From a bacterium (GTDB lineage Bacteria > Electryoneota > Electryoneia > Electryoneales > Electryoneaceae), in the NCBI GenBank assembly GCA_963675295.2, contig CAXXKJ010000002.1, positions 4,320,001-4,384,000 of the forward strand: a stretch of 64,000 nt of DNA. Reading direction: 5' to 3'. Positions 51,043-60,819 of the stretch are shown here, piece after piece. The position numbers were made by a program, and so were the translations under genes. How positions within the stretch are numbered: position 1 is the first letter of the stretch; every line of letters starts with the position of its first letter. The notes beneath the pieces are model-generated. The model did no database searches. It had not been told where the DNA came from and saw nothing but the letters and a program-made list of their open reading frames with translations.

Positions 51043-52174
51043 CCAAAATTCTAAAATCAATCGCACAGGGCTCGGGTTTTGAAGAGAAGTGGCACTGCCG
51101 TCTTGTTCTGTATTTTGGGTTTGAGAGAACACAAAAACGGAACGAGGAACAGCAATGCCACAAGGTCAACTTACGCTCCGTGAGCGTGAGATGATAGCCT
51201 GTCAGCATCATCGGGGAGAGAGTGTCCCGGAGATCGCGAGACAGCTTGGACGTCACCGGACGACGATCAGTCGTGAGCTGCAGCGGAACCGGGATTCAGC
51301 AGGCGACTACCTGCCCGCCAGCGCCCATCAGCAGGCGTTTGAGCGACGGTCGGCGATCCGTGCCGGACACAGCAGGATCAGTGAAAACGAGGCGCTGAGA
51401 GCGTACCTGGAAGTGCATCTGCGCGGCGAGTACTGGTCGCCGGATGTGTTGGCCGGTCGTCTGCGGCGGGAGTTTCGTGACGACCCGTCGATGCAGGTGA
51501 GCACGCAGACGATCTACAGCTGGATCCGCCGTGACCAGGACAACGGCGGCACGCTTCACCTGTGCCTGAATCACGGGCGTCGCGGCTATCGCAAACGTGG
51601 GTCACGCAAGGACTTCCGTGGCATGATCCGCAACCGGACGGGCATCGAAGAACGTCCGGAGATCGTTGACAAACTGGGCCGTGCGGGCGACTGGGAGTCG
51701 GACACGATCCACGGCAAGGGGCACAAGGGAGCGATTGCCAGCCACGTCGAGCGACGCAGCAAATACACCGTGCTGGCGCTGCTGCCCGACCTTCGTGCCG
51801 AGACCTTCAGCACGCGTTCCGTCGCCGCGTTTCAACGCCACTGGAAGCAGCGAAAGCTTCCCCTGCACACGCTGACAGCGGATAACGGCGGTGAGTTCGC
51901 GCGGCATGAATGGCTGGCTGAACGGCTGGGTGTGACGGTCTATTTCGCGCATCCGTACAGCTCGTGGGAGCGGGCACGCAACGAGAACATGAACCGGATG
52001 GTACGGCAGTGGTTTCCGAAGGGGCTGGACTTCCGGTCACTTCACGATCTGGACGTCCATTCGGTCGAACAGCAACTCAACAACAGACCCAGAAAATCAC
52101 TCGGATACAGAACACCAAAAGAGGTCCTCTTCAATCACAAAACCTGATCGGTGCATTTGATCTTGGAATTTGCA
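51043..52174 (+). mobile_element. IS30-family insertion sequence (ends approximate)
   Basis: Imperfect terminal IRs aaattctaaaatcaatcgcac / gtgcatttgatcttggaattt flank the transposase; target duplication not resolved. Confidence 0.8.
51155..52147 (+). CDS. IS30-family transposase
   Basis: IARQLGRHRTTISRELQRN HTH; GDWESDT, TADNGGEF, YFAHPYSSWERARNEN.N, LNNRPRKSLGYRTP. Confidence 0.95.
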   Translation: MPQGQLTLREREMIACQHHRGESVPEIARQLGRHRTTISRELQRNRDSAGDYLPASAHQQAFERRSAIRAGHSRISENEALRAYLEVHLRGEYWSPDVLAGRLRREFRDDPSMQVSTQTIYSWIRRDQDNGGTLHLCLNHGRRGYRKRGSRKDFRGMIRNRTGIEERPEIVDKLGRAGDWESDTIHGKGHKGAIASHVERRSKYTVLALLPDLRAETFSTRSVAAFQRHWKQRKLPLHTLTADNGGEFARHEWLAERLGVTVYFAHPYSSWERARNENMNRMVRQWFPKGLDFRSLHDLDVHSVEQQLNNRPRKSLGYRTPKEVLFNHKT

Positions 52175-52316
52175 AATCACCGTTTGACCACTACCAGTGA
52201 ATTGGACGAATGAATGCTTGACCTGCAACTGAGATTGACATAAACTATCTGTATGCCTGGCTTTCGCCGAATTGATCACAAGGTTGGTGTTCCATCGATC
52301 CAACCGGGAGTCACAA

Positions 52317-52982
52317 ATGACTGTACAACGTCAATCAGCTTGTCTCTTCGCTGTCATTCTGGGTTGTCTTGCGCTGTACGCCTGCTACCCACGCATCCCG
52401 GTTTACCTCCACGCCGATCTTTCCGCAAATCCCATCGACAGCGTGTTCATCTTCACCGCGTTCAGTTCCTGCACCGACAGCACGGATTCCACCGACTACC
52501 ACCAGCACGCCGTCCTCGAAGCGAAACGCTGTCTTGAAGAGCGTGGATATACCGTTTCATGTGCAGATCCGGACAATGCCAACCGCAGACTGTTCGCCCG
52601 GAATTCGATGGCGACAAGCATTCAACTCGATTGGATTGACAGCCTTAATGGTAATGAGCGGGGCTATGTCATGGTCCTTGAGTTGCAGACCGCGGATTCT
52701 GGATGGTTTTTTGAAGAGTACATCGACGTGAAGGTGTATGGCTATCTCTTTGATACCCGTTCCAGATCACTGGTATGGCAGGATCAGGGAGAGGGTGAAG
52801 TTACGGAGTACCCCGGCGGACTGATCGGAGCGTTGAATCCGATTGAACTGGGACGGGGAGTCGAATTGGCCGTCCAGAACCTGATGATGAGTTTTCCGAT
52901 GCGTGGCAAACGGTTCCGGTCCACATCCCTGTCCACCCCCAGCCCGATGGATCCGTCCGTGTCCAATAACGACGATCACTGA
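52317..52982 (+). CDS. Putative lipoprotein
   Basis: gggag RBS; lipobox-like LYAC; LFDTRSRSLVWQ motif as in DUF4136-like lipoproteins. Confidence 0.6.
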   Translation: MTVQRQSACLFAVILGCLALYACYPRIPVYLHADLSANPIDSVFIFTAFSSCTDSTDSTDYHQHAVLEAKRCLEERGYTVSCADPDNANRRLFARNSMATSIQLDWIDSLNGNERGYVMVLELQTADSGWFFEEYIDVKVYGYLFDTRSRSLVWQDQGEGEVTEYPGGLIGALNPIELGRGVELAVQNLMMSFPMRGKRFRSTSLSTPSPMDPSVSNNDDH

Positions 52983-52997
52983 CTTTCCAGCAGATGT

Positions 52998-53299
52998 CCG
53001 CGGGAGCTTCTGTTCGCTACCGCGGATGATCCACCGACCGTAATCGAGGAACGTGCCCCTGATGGCTCCGCCAGCAGGGATGATCCGCCCTCGAACCACC
53101 CGCAGTAGCCGTCACAAACAGACGTGACGGACAATCACAATCCCCGATGCCCGCGGGAGCTTCTGTTCGCTACCGCGGATCATCCACCGTCCGTAATCCG
53201 CAGCCGGAAGAATGTGCCCCTGATGGCTCCGCCAGCAGGGATGATCCGCCCTCAGATCACCCGCGATAGCCGTCACAAACCAACGTGACGGACAATCAC
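52998..53299. repeat. Two ~150-bp tandem copies of a three-hairpin BIME-like unit
   Basis: Units start at 52998 and 53151; each holds ccgcgg..ccgcgg, gtgcccctgatgg..cagggat and agccgtcac..gtgacgg hairpins. Confidence 0.85.
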
Positions 53300-53396
53300 G
53301 GGCACCGTCACAACAGCAATAACAGACCATCACGGGCACCAGTGTCCTCTCTCGGGTCGTATATTGCCAGATATCTCGAATCCACCGAGGCGCCCA

Positions 53397-55001
53397 ATGA
53401 CACGCCCAATCCCGACCCGGACACGCTGCTCCCTCACGCACACACGCCGATTCCTCGCCCTGATCGCCTTCTCTTTGCTGATCTCGTCTACCCCCTCTGC
53501 CCAACCTCCCGACACCTTGGGAACAAAGATCTGGGATTACGATACGTTCTATGAGCGGATTGAGTGTGTATCCGCTGTACCAGACGGTGGGTATATCACT
53601 TCGGGATTTACTTACTACGAGGATTTGGATTTTCGGACATGGACTGCTCGACTTGACGATGACGGGAATGATATCTGGATCCTCATTGATGACTTTGGCT
53701 CGGTGTTCACCGACGCCTCATACCACATCGAGCCAACGTCTGATGGGGCCTTCATCGAATGCGGCGAAACCTGGTCGGATACACCTTCATTCGGTGCAAA
53801 CGCATTCATCCGGAAACTCAGTAGCGACGGCGACATCATCTGGTCTCACGTGTATGACTATGGAAGTCCAATCGAGTACCTGACACACCTACGGGAAGTT
53901 GTTGCAGGTGGTTACATCGCTGCTGGGAAAATCGGTACGCAATCAAACATCATCCGTTTTGATGAAAATGGTGACTTTGTCTGGCAATGGCCGCTTCCAG
54001 ATCCTTTCGAAACTATCCATTGGGTTGAACCTACTGCCGATGGTGGATTCGTCATCCCGGCTGAACATTGGAACTCTAACGCTCAAGCCCGTGTGTATTC
54101 GCTCTACAAAATTGACGCCGGTGGAAATCAGCTTTGGATGAATGATGAAGTTGATCCGGATGGAACCCCGAAACACGGTGTTGCTTTTTGCGTGCGTGAA
54201 GATGAACAAGGATATCTTTATAGCTGCGGTGGAGTTCTTACGGATTCAACCCATTTTGATTTCTACGTCTCAAAACGAAATTCGGACGGTTCAGTGATCT
54301 GGTCGCAGTATCTTGATCGTAGTGGTGGCGGGGACGAAGCTGTTGAGCTGAGTATTTTGGCCGATGGGACGATTGAAGCAGTGGGACATGCGCAGGACGA
54401 ATCGAACAATTATATGCTATGGCTTGTGAAATATTCATCCAATGGGGAAGTCCTGTGGCTGTCTGAATTGCAGATGGGCGCTGAAGATACGAAAGCGACA
54501 TCCATGACACAGGGGCGAGATGGATCAATCGTCGCGGCCTACCTTCCTGAGGAAGACAATGATCCACTTGACCTTGCTTTGGTGAAATGGAAACCGGAAG
54601 TCCGGGTTGAATTACAGCCCAGAATGTCCGTTGTGCCTTCGCAAGGCCTTACGCTCCATTATCAGACCTTTGTCAGCAACATTCTGCTCGATCCAACGCC
54701 GCTCGATGTCTGGGCCACAGTCACCACCCCCGCCGGGAACACGTTCCCACTGCAGCAAATCTCGGTGACACTACAGCCGGGCGGGATGTTCTACCGTCCC
54801 TACGTCCCGCTGGATATCCCTGCCGCCGCACCACCGGGAGAGTACACGTTCGAGCTACATATCGGTGTCGCGCCGCCCGATGATCCACCCGGCGGCGCGA
54901 CCGGCAGCCGTCACATGGGACTGGGATCGTTTACCTTCGAAAAAGGGACCGGCACATCGGTGCCCGACGGTTCCGATTGGCTGCCGGACGGCACGCACTG
55001 A
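53397..55001 (+). CDS. Secreted beta-propeller repeat protein (T.DGG.I repeats) + Ig-like module; CTD lost
   Basis: Signal peptide ending PSA-Q; repeats K.D..G...W; module DVWATVTTPAG...IPAAAPPGEY. Confidence 0.8.
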   Translation: MTRPIPTRTRCSLTHTRRFLALIAFSLLISSTPSAQPPDTLGTKIWDYDTFYERIECVSAVPDGGYITSGFTYYEDLDFRTWTARLDDDGNDIWILIDDFGSVFTDASYHIEPTSDGAFIECGETWSDTPSFGANAFIRKLSSDGDIIWSHVYDYGSPIEYLTHLREVVAGGYIAAGKIGTQSNIIRFDENGDFVWQWPLPDPFETIHWVEPTADGGFVIPAEHWNSNAQARVYSLYKIDAGGNQLWMNDEVDPDGTPKHGVAFCVREDEQGYLYSCGGVLTDSTHFDFYVSKRNSDGSVIWSQYLDRSGGGDEAVELSILADGTIEAVGHAQDESNNYMLWLVKYSSNGEVLWLSELQMGAEDTKATSMTQGRDGSIVAAYLPEEDNDPLDLALVKWKPEVRVELQPRMSVVPSQGLTLHYQTFVSNILLDPTPLDVWATVTTPAGNTFPLQQISVTLQPGGMFYRPYVPLDIPAAAPPGEYTFELHIGVAPPDDPPGGATGSRHMGLGSFTFEKGTGTSVPDGSDWLPDGTH

Positions 55002-55099
55002 CCTTCGACACCTCACACCTCGCCAGCGGGTCGTACTTTCTTCGAGCAATTGTACCCGGCCAGATAGACGAAATCCGCAAAATCACTCTACTTCGCTGA
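55001..55099 (+). pseudogene. Frameshifted remnant of a CTD
   Basis: Reads TFDTSHLASGSYFLRAIVPGQIDEIRKITLLR* in the -1 frame, overlapping the upstream stop. Confidence 0.85.
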
Positions 55100-55341
55100 A
55101 ACCCTTCACGCAGGAGTTAAACATCCTGTTCCTGAGTGATTTGCACCATTAAATCGGGGACAGACGGTGGATTTTACGTGACGAAATTCACAGAAAACCT
55201 ACCGTCTGTCCCTGATTTAGACGCTGTCGAGCAATTTTCGAGCATCTCTCCCGCAACGTACCTACGGGCCCGGCGTGCTTATTTTGTACAACGCGAACGT
55301 ATGCTACCTGACCTGTTCCTCAATCCCGGCTGGAGTGTCCG

Positions 55342-57705
55342 ATGCGGTTCCGTTCGATCCTGGCAACCATCCTGTTCCCCGTTCTCGTGCTGGCCCTGTT
55401 CACCGGACCGGCGTCCGCGCAGAAGATCCACATCGCGTTTTTGTGGCACATGCACCAGCCGATTTATTACCCGGGCGAGACAATCGTCGAAACCGAAGCC
55501 GCGAACCATTACGACTATTCGGTCTACGACATCCACACCACCCGCACCGGCCCGTACACCTGGTGGCCGGCGGACGCGGTGCAAATGGGCATCAACGCCG
55601 GCATGGACCACTTCGGCGCGCAGGTATCGTTCACCGGCAGCCTCGTCGAAAACCTGAACGCCCTCGAGAACGCCGGCGTCGCCTTCAGCAACTGGCACAC
55701 GCCATGGAACCAGATGTCCACCACCTACACCGCCCTCGGCAACCCGCGCATCGACATGGTCGGCTTCGGCTACTTCCACCCGTTGATGGGCCTGCTCTGG
55801 GACAGCGACACCGCCATGCAGATCGCGAACCACCGCGCGCTCGACCTGCAGGAATTTGACGGCGGCTCATCCAACGGCATCTTCCCACCGGAGAATGCGT
55901 TCAGCATCGAGATGATCCCCGCGCTGGTCGATCAGGGGCTGGACTGGGTGCTGGTCGATAATATCCATTTCGATCGCGCATGCCAGGGGTATCCGTGGAC
56001 ATCCGGCGGATCGGTGGTTGAACCGAACGCTTCTGAGGTCCGCAACCCGAACCCGGGTGACTGGCTTGCGATGGACGGTCTCTGGGCACCGACACAAGTC
56101 TCCGCGCAATGGGGCCATCAGCCGCATTACGTCGAACACGTCGACCCGGTGACGAACCAGACCCGTCGCATCATCGCCGTCCCGGCCAGCCGCTACTTGG
56201 GCAACGAGGACGGCCGTGGCGGTTTCGGCGCGCTGCAGTACGACTATGTCATGAGCCAGCTCGAGCCGTACAACACCGACCCAGCGCACCCGATCCTCGT
56301 CGTGCTGCACCATGACGGCGACAACCACGGCGGCGGCACCGATTCCTACTACCACAACAATTTCCAAGCGTTCGTCAATTGGCTCGCCGCCAACGATGAC
56401 CGTTTCGAGTGCACCACCATCGAAGATTATCTCGAACGCTTCCCTCCCGCGCAAAATGACATCATTCACGTCGAGCCCGGCTCTTGGGCCGGTGCGGACG
56501 CCGGCGATCCGGAATTCAAGAAATGGCTTGGCGATCCGTACCAGGGCTACAGCCCGGACATCAACAGCTGGGGCGTGATCACCGCCGCGAAACACATCGT
56601 TACCGCCGCGTGGCTCAACGCATCCGGCAACGCCGACGTGCAGCAAGCCGCGCGCTACCTGCACATGGGCCAGGCGTCTGATTACTGGTACTGGGACGGG
56701 TCGCAGGGCGGCATCTGGGACACGCACCCGACCCGCGCCGCGAACCTCGCGATTCCACTGGCGCAGCCGTACGCCGCGAACGCCGACCTCGGCCCGACCA
56801 TCTTCCTCCCGCAACGCGAACCGTACAACCCCGGCGCGACCGAGTGGGATTTGCAGCAACCGGCGGCGTTTGACGTCTGGACCTACGCCTACGACCTCGA
56901 CGGCATCGCGTCGGTCGAGCTGCTGGTCCGCGTGGACGCCGACGGTGTCAACGATCCGTCCACCCACGCCAACGAGACGTACATCGGTGGGCCGGGGGTC
57001 AGCGCGTGGCGATCGTTGCCGATGGCGGCGTCGTGGATCGAGCCGCAGACCAACGACGACCCACTCGCGAAAGCGTACGAGTACCGCCGGACCGTGCCCG
57101 GGATTGCGTCCAACCGCCTGCTCGACTACTACGTCAAGGCGACCGACACGCAGGGCCACGTGACGCGCAGCCCGATCCAGCATGTCTACGTCGGCCCGTA
57201 CGGCGGCGGAGGCGGAGGTGGCGGCTGGGTGATCGACGGCACGCTCGACGACGACGCGCGCCTGTTGTACCAGAGCGGCGAGTTTTCGTTGTGGGGCGGG
57301 ATTCGTGGCGACTCGCTTTACGTTGCCGCAACCGCCGCGCCGGAGTTGGGTGAGGATGTCTTCATCGTGATCGCGGAGCAGCCGGGCGCGTTGCAGGACG
57401 CCATGTGGGCGAAGGCGGGACAGGTGGCGGCGTGGGATCTGTTCATCGGCAACGAGTCCACGAACAACTGGAGCGGACCCTTCGACAACCAGTCGGACAT
57501 CCAGACGGCGTCCGGCACCGTCGTCGAAGCCCTGATTCGCATGTCCGAGGAATGGCCGGGTGGCGTCGACGGCCTGTATTTCTTCGCCGCCACCTACGAA
57601 ACCCCCGACGGCGGCTCGTTAACGGGTCAGCTCCCGACCGCCAACAATGACAATACTGTTCCGAGCAGCGAGTGGGGGTATCGGGGATTCAGTAGATTGC
57701 GTTGA
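55342..57705 (+). CDS. Secreted glycoside hydrolase family 57-like protein with C-terminal beta-sandwich domain
   Basis: Signal peptide; WHMHQP, YFHPL, FPPENAF, HDGDN; poly-Gly linker then VIDGTLDD. Confidence 0.82.
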   Translation: MRFRSILATILFPVLVLALFTGPASAQKIHIAFLWHMHQPIYYPGETIVETEAANHYDYSVYDIHTTRTGPYTWWPADAVQMGINAGMDHFGAQVSFTGSLVENLNALENAGVAFSNWHTPWNQMSTTYTALGNPRIDMVGFGYFHPLMGLLWDSDTAMQIANHRALDLQEFDGGSSNGIFPPENAFSIEMIPALVDQGLDWVLVDNIHFDRACQGYPWTSGGSVVEPNASEVRNPNPGDWLAMDGLWAPTQVSAQWGHQPHYVEHVDPVTNQTRRIIAVPASRYLGNEDGRGGFGALQYDYVMSQLEPYNTDPAHPILVVLHHDGDNHGGGTDSYYHNNFQAFVNWLAANDDRFECTTIEDYLERFPPAQNDIIHVEPGSWAGADAGDPEFKKWLGDPYQGYSPDINSWGVITAAKHIVTAAWLNASGNADVQQAARYLHMGQASDYWYWDGSQGGIWDTHPTRAANLAIPLAQPYAANADLGPTIFLPQREPYNPGATEWDLQQPAAFDVWTYAYDLDGIASVELLVRVDADGVNDPSTHANETYIGGPGVSAWRSLPMAASWIEPQTNDDPLAKAYEYRRTVPGIASNRLLDYYVKATDTQGHVTRSPIQHVYVGPYGGGGGGGGWVIDGTLDDDARLLYQSGEFSLWGGIRGDSLYVAATAAPELGEDVFIVIAEQPGALQDAMWAKAGQVAAWDLFIGNESTNNWSGPFDNQSDIQTASGTVVEALIRMSEEWPGGVDGLYFFAATYETPDGGSLTGQLPTANNDNTVPSSEWGYRGFSRLR

Positions 57706-57765
57706 TACTATTAAATAGTATATTTTGCAATTAATTGGACAGTCGAAAACGCTTTGGAGGATCAT

Positions 57766-58056
57766 ATGTTTGAATTTGCACTAATTATTGGTGCGGTAGT
57801 AGTTCTGATAAGTTGGGCAATTAATTCTTCAAAAGAAAAGAGGCGAATTCGAGAATTGGAGAAGGACATTGATCAAGAATATGATGAGAAGTTACGTATT
57901 AAGTTACAAGAAATCGATGATGAATATTAGCGAAATTTAGCTGAAATAGACTATGATTATGAGGAGTTAGGTCGTCGCAATGAAGCTGGAGACCTTTCGG
58001 AAGAAGAATATCAGAATGAAATTGAACGTTTAAACCAGAAGTGGGGTAAACACTAG
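57766..58056 (+). pseudogene. AT-rich small membrane protein with SHOCT-like C-terminus, in-frame TAG at 57928-57930
   Basis: ggagg RBS; MFEFALIIGAVVVLISW TM helix; ...EIDDEY*RNLAEID...GDLSEEEYQNEIERL. Confidence 0.65.
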
Positions 58057-58070
58057 AAATCTTAGCCAGC

Positions 58071-58164
58071 GTAACCCGTCACTCCCAATGCCGGGACACC
58101 GATTACCACGGACTTCAGTCCGTGGTATAAAATAACCCGGCAACCAGCCGATTGCCGGGCTACA
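58071..58164. repeat. REP-doublet (REPIN/MITE-like) element, uninterrupted copy
   Basis: Left hairpin, central palindrome ccacggacttcagtccgtgg, right hairpin cccggcaaccagccgattgccgggctac. Confidence 0.8.
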
Positions 58165-58532
58165 GGGTGTTACTCACAGCTCATAGCTCACAAGCCCCCC
58201 CCACCACACGCCTTCCTCCCCGATTCCCAACCACCAACCCATCCCCCATCCGCTAGCTAGTCCGCACCCGATCCAACACCCTGCATCTGTCAGCGCGGCA
58301 CCCTTTGCCCCACACCAGCAATTGACCATCATGAAAGTTCCATAATAGTAACGCCTTATTTATCAAGATTTTATCCCACACGCTGAATATTTCCCGAGTT
58401 ACACGGCAGGTCTCTGATTATCGATTCACTGTAGATAGTGTATTGAACTACTGACTTTTCTTTCAAAGCTTTTGGATCAGCAGAAACGATCACACAGATC
58501 GTATTAAAGGAAAAACTGAGGGGGATTGGGGG

Positions 58533-60560
58533 ATGAAGACGTTTCGTGTTGTCGCGCGAACCATGCTGCTGCTTGGGTTGTTGCTGCTGGTTGCCGGGTG
58601 TCCTGAGGGGGACAGTTTGTTGGTCGAGGCGGATGGGGATTACCACGACGGACGTGTGCGTGCCACAGTTCATGGCACAGTGATGGCGAATGATACGCAG
58701 ACGCCGATTCAGGGTGTGCAGGTCATTTATTCGCTGAACAATGAGACCATTGAAACGACCACGGACGCAAACGGTTACTACGAGAGTGCCTTACTGACGG
58801 AAGGGCAGTACGTTTTCACGTTCAACTCTCCGGACGCGGATTATGCGAGCTGGCAGGAGATGGTCAATGTCGTGTATGGCCAGGCGCAGCAGGTTCCGTC
58901 CCAGGAGGATTTCATCCAGAATATCGGGCGGAATGTCTTTCTGTTCCGAACCGATGCCGGCGTCAAGGGCTACGTTTACGCGCAGATGAACGATGAAGAA
59001 ACCGTCGTTGCGGAGGGTGCGGTTGTCCGGGTGATGAACCTGGCTGGAATCGTCAACCAGGATTACAGCGATACCACAGACGCCGACGGGTTTTTCATGA
59101 TTGATGAACTTCCCGCCGTCGCCGGAGCGCAGCTTCTGGTGCTCCCGTGGGAGAATGACGACGTCGAATTCGCGCCCACAACCCGGAACATTCAGCTGAC
59201 GCAGGGCGCAACGGTAACAGTGAATCCCGTTGTGGTTTTACCCAACGCGGGCGGCGTGATGGTGCTGTCGAACAATTTCGCGAATGGTGACGTGGCTGCC
59301 GATCAGAGTTTCGATCTCGTGTTCAACCGTCCCATCCTGGAGGACGAGTTGAATGTCGTCCTCACCCGGATCAATTCGGGGACGACCATTTCGACAACGG
59401 TAACCGTCGATCCTACCATGTTGCAGGTAACGGTACAACCCGTTGTCCCGCTGCAGCTCAGCCAGTTTTACCGGCTCGATGTGGACGGTACCACCGTTGA
59501 CTTCCAGGATTTCGATTTCAGCTGGAATTTCACCACCGAAGACGGGATCATGCTGGAATCCCATAACCTCGAGATCGCGGACGGCATCCCGCGTGAATTT
59601 GAACTCACCGAGGCGGCCGAGTTTACGTTCAACATCCCGGTGGACCCGAACAATCTGGGCAATGTGGTTGAGGTTCAGCGCGGCGGCACCGATGTCCTGG
59701 TCACGTGGAATCTGACCAATGACAACAAAACGCTGGAGGTTGAACCTGTCGGCAGCTATCTGTTCGATACGGCCTACATGATCGAGTTCACCATGTTCTC
59801 GGAGAAGGTGAACGACAGCTACACCACCCCGGGACCATTGACGATCCAGACGATTTCCAACACGATCGCTCCCGACCCGGTAACCGGCCTGGAGCTGGAC
59901 GAGCTTTCCATTCCGGACGGCGTGGACTGGAATACGACCAACATTCCGCTGCAGTGGGATGCGCAGGAAAACGTGTCGGTGTACCAGGTGTACGCAACGA
60001 ATTCCTACAGCGTGACCGACAATGTCCTGATTGCCGAGTTTCCGCCAAGCGTACTCAACGGCACCGAGTACCGGTTCGTCAACCTGGCCAACAAGCCTGA
60101 ATTTGACTGGATTGACGGGGATGGAATCCAGACACCGTTTACCGATGGCATCGAAACAGACTTCATGGTTCGTGCGGTGAACGGCGCGGGGTTCGGCGAG
60201 TTTTCGAACGACCTCACCGTCGAAGATACCCGCGCTCCGGTTCTGCCCGGCCTGTTGCAAAATGGATCGGTGAACAATCCCACGGATGCCGAGGTAACGG
60301 TGATCATCACCTTCGCGAACAACATGGAGTACTGCTCGGAAAGCGCACCGACGGTCTTGTTCCTCGACGGCGGCACCCCGGATGACACCCTTTCACCCAG
60401 CGACACGGAGTGGACGTGGAATCCCAACATGCGCAACGGGGAACTCGTGATCACTGTCCCGCCGCAATTCAACGGTTCCGGCGATACCCTGATCATTTCC
60501 AACATCAGCGACAGCAGCGGCAATCTGTCCGATGGCACGACGAGCCGTGTGCTGTTCTAA
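58533..60560 (+). CDS. Large lipoprotein: carboxypeptidase-regulatory-like, Ig-like (Big_5-like) and FN3 domains
   Basis: Lipobox VAGC; TTTDANGYY, TTDADGFF; LVFNRPI, FTFNIPVD; APDPVTGL...FMVRAVNGAGFGEFS. Confidence 0.82.
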   Translation: MKTFRVVARTMLLLGLLLLVAGCPEGDSLLVEADGDYHDGRVRATVHGTVMANDTQTPIQGVQVIYSLNNETIETTTDANGYYESALLTEGQYVFTFNSPDADYASWQEMVNVVYGQAQQVPSQEDFIQNIGRNVFLFRTDAGVKGYVYAQMNDEETVVAEGAVVRVMNLAGIVNQDYSDTTDADGFFMIDELPAVAGAQLLVLPWENDDVEFAPTTRNIQLTQGATVTVNPVVVLPNAGGVMVLSNNFANGDVAADQSFDLVFNRPILEDELNVVLTRINSGTTISTTVTVDPTMLQVTVQPVVPLQLSQFYRLDVDGTTVDFQDFDFSWNFTTEDGIMLESHNLEIADGIPREFELTEAAEFTFNIPVDPNNLGNVVEVQRGGTDVLVTWNLTNDNKTLEVEPVGSYLFDTAYMIEFTMFSEKVNDSYTTPGPLTIQTISNTIAPDPVTGLELDELSIPDGVDWNTTNIPLQWDAQENVSVYQVYATNSYSVTDNVLIAEFPPSVLNGTEYRFVNLANKPEFDWIDGDGIQTPFTDGIETDFMVRAVNGAGFGEFSNDLTVEDTRAPVLPGLLQNGSVNNPTDAEVTVIITFANNMEYCSESAPTVLFLDGGTPDDTLSPSDTEWTWNPNMRNGELVITVPPQFNGSGDTLIISNISDSSGNLSDGTTSRVLF

Positions 60561-60663
60561 CCGGTAGCCATGTTGTGTGGGCAGGTAATGCAGCTCGAAA
60601 CCGTTCGGTAAAAGCCTTGCGGTAATTGCAGAGTGGTAAATGCAATGCGGAAAACACGGAGTG

Positions 60664-60695
60664 GCCCGGTTTGCTTGTCAAGCCGGGCTTTTTTT
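60664..60695 (+). terminator. Intrinsic terminator
   Basis: gcccggttt/aagccgggc hairpin + T7. Confidence 0.75.
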
Positions 60696-60819
60696 GGCGA
60701 ATTGGATTGGCCGACCGAAACCGCGTGTTGGACAACAGCCAGTGTAGCCCGGCACATTGCGTCAAGGTAGCCCGGCACTCCCAGTGCCGGGACTTCGATT
60801 ACCACGGACTTTAGTCCGT

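Noticed and set aside
3601-57930. Genome-wide TAG reassignment
   Set aside because: TAG ends genes exactly at conserved C-termini (KLVLMK* 6249, KLVLMR* 33600, KVTLLR* 37511 and 39375, aprA, qmoB), so it works as a stop
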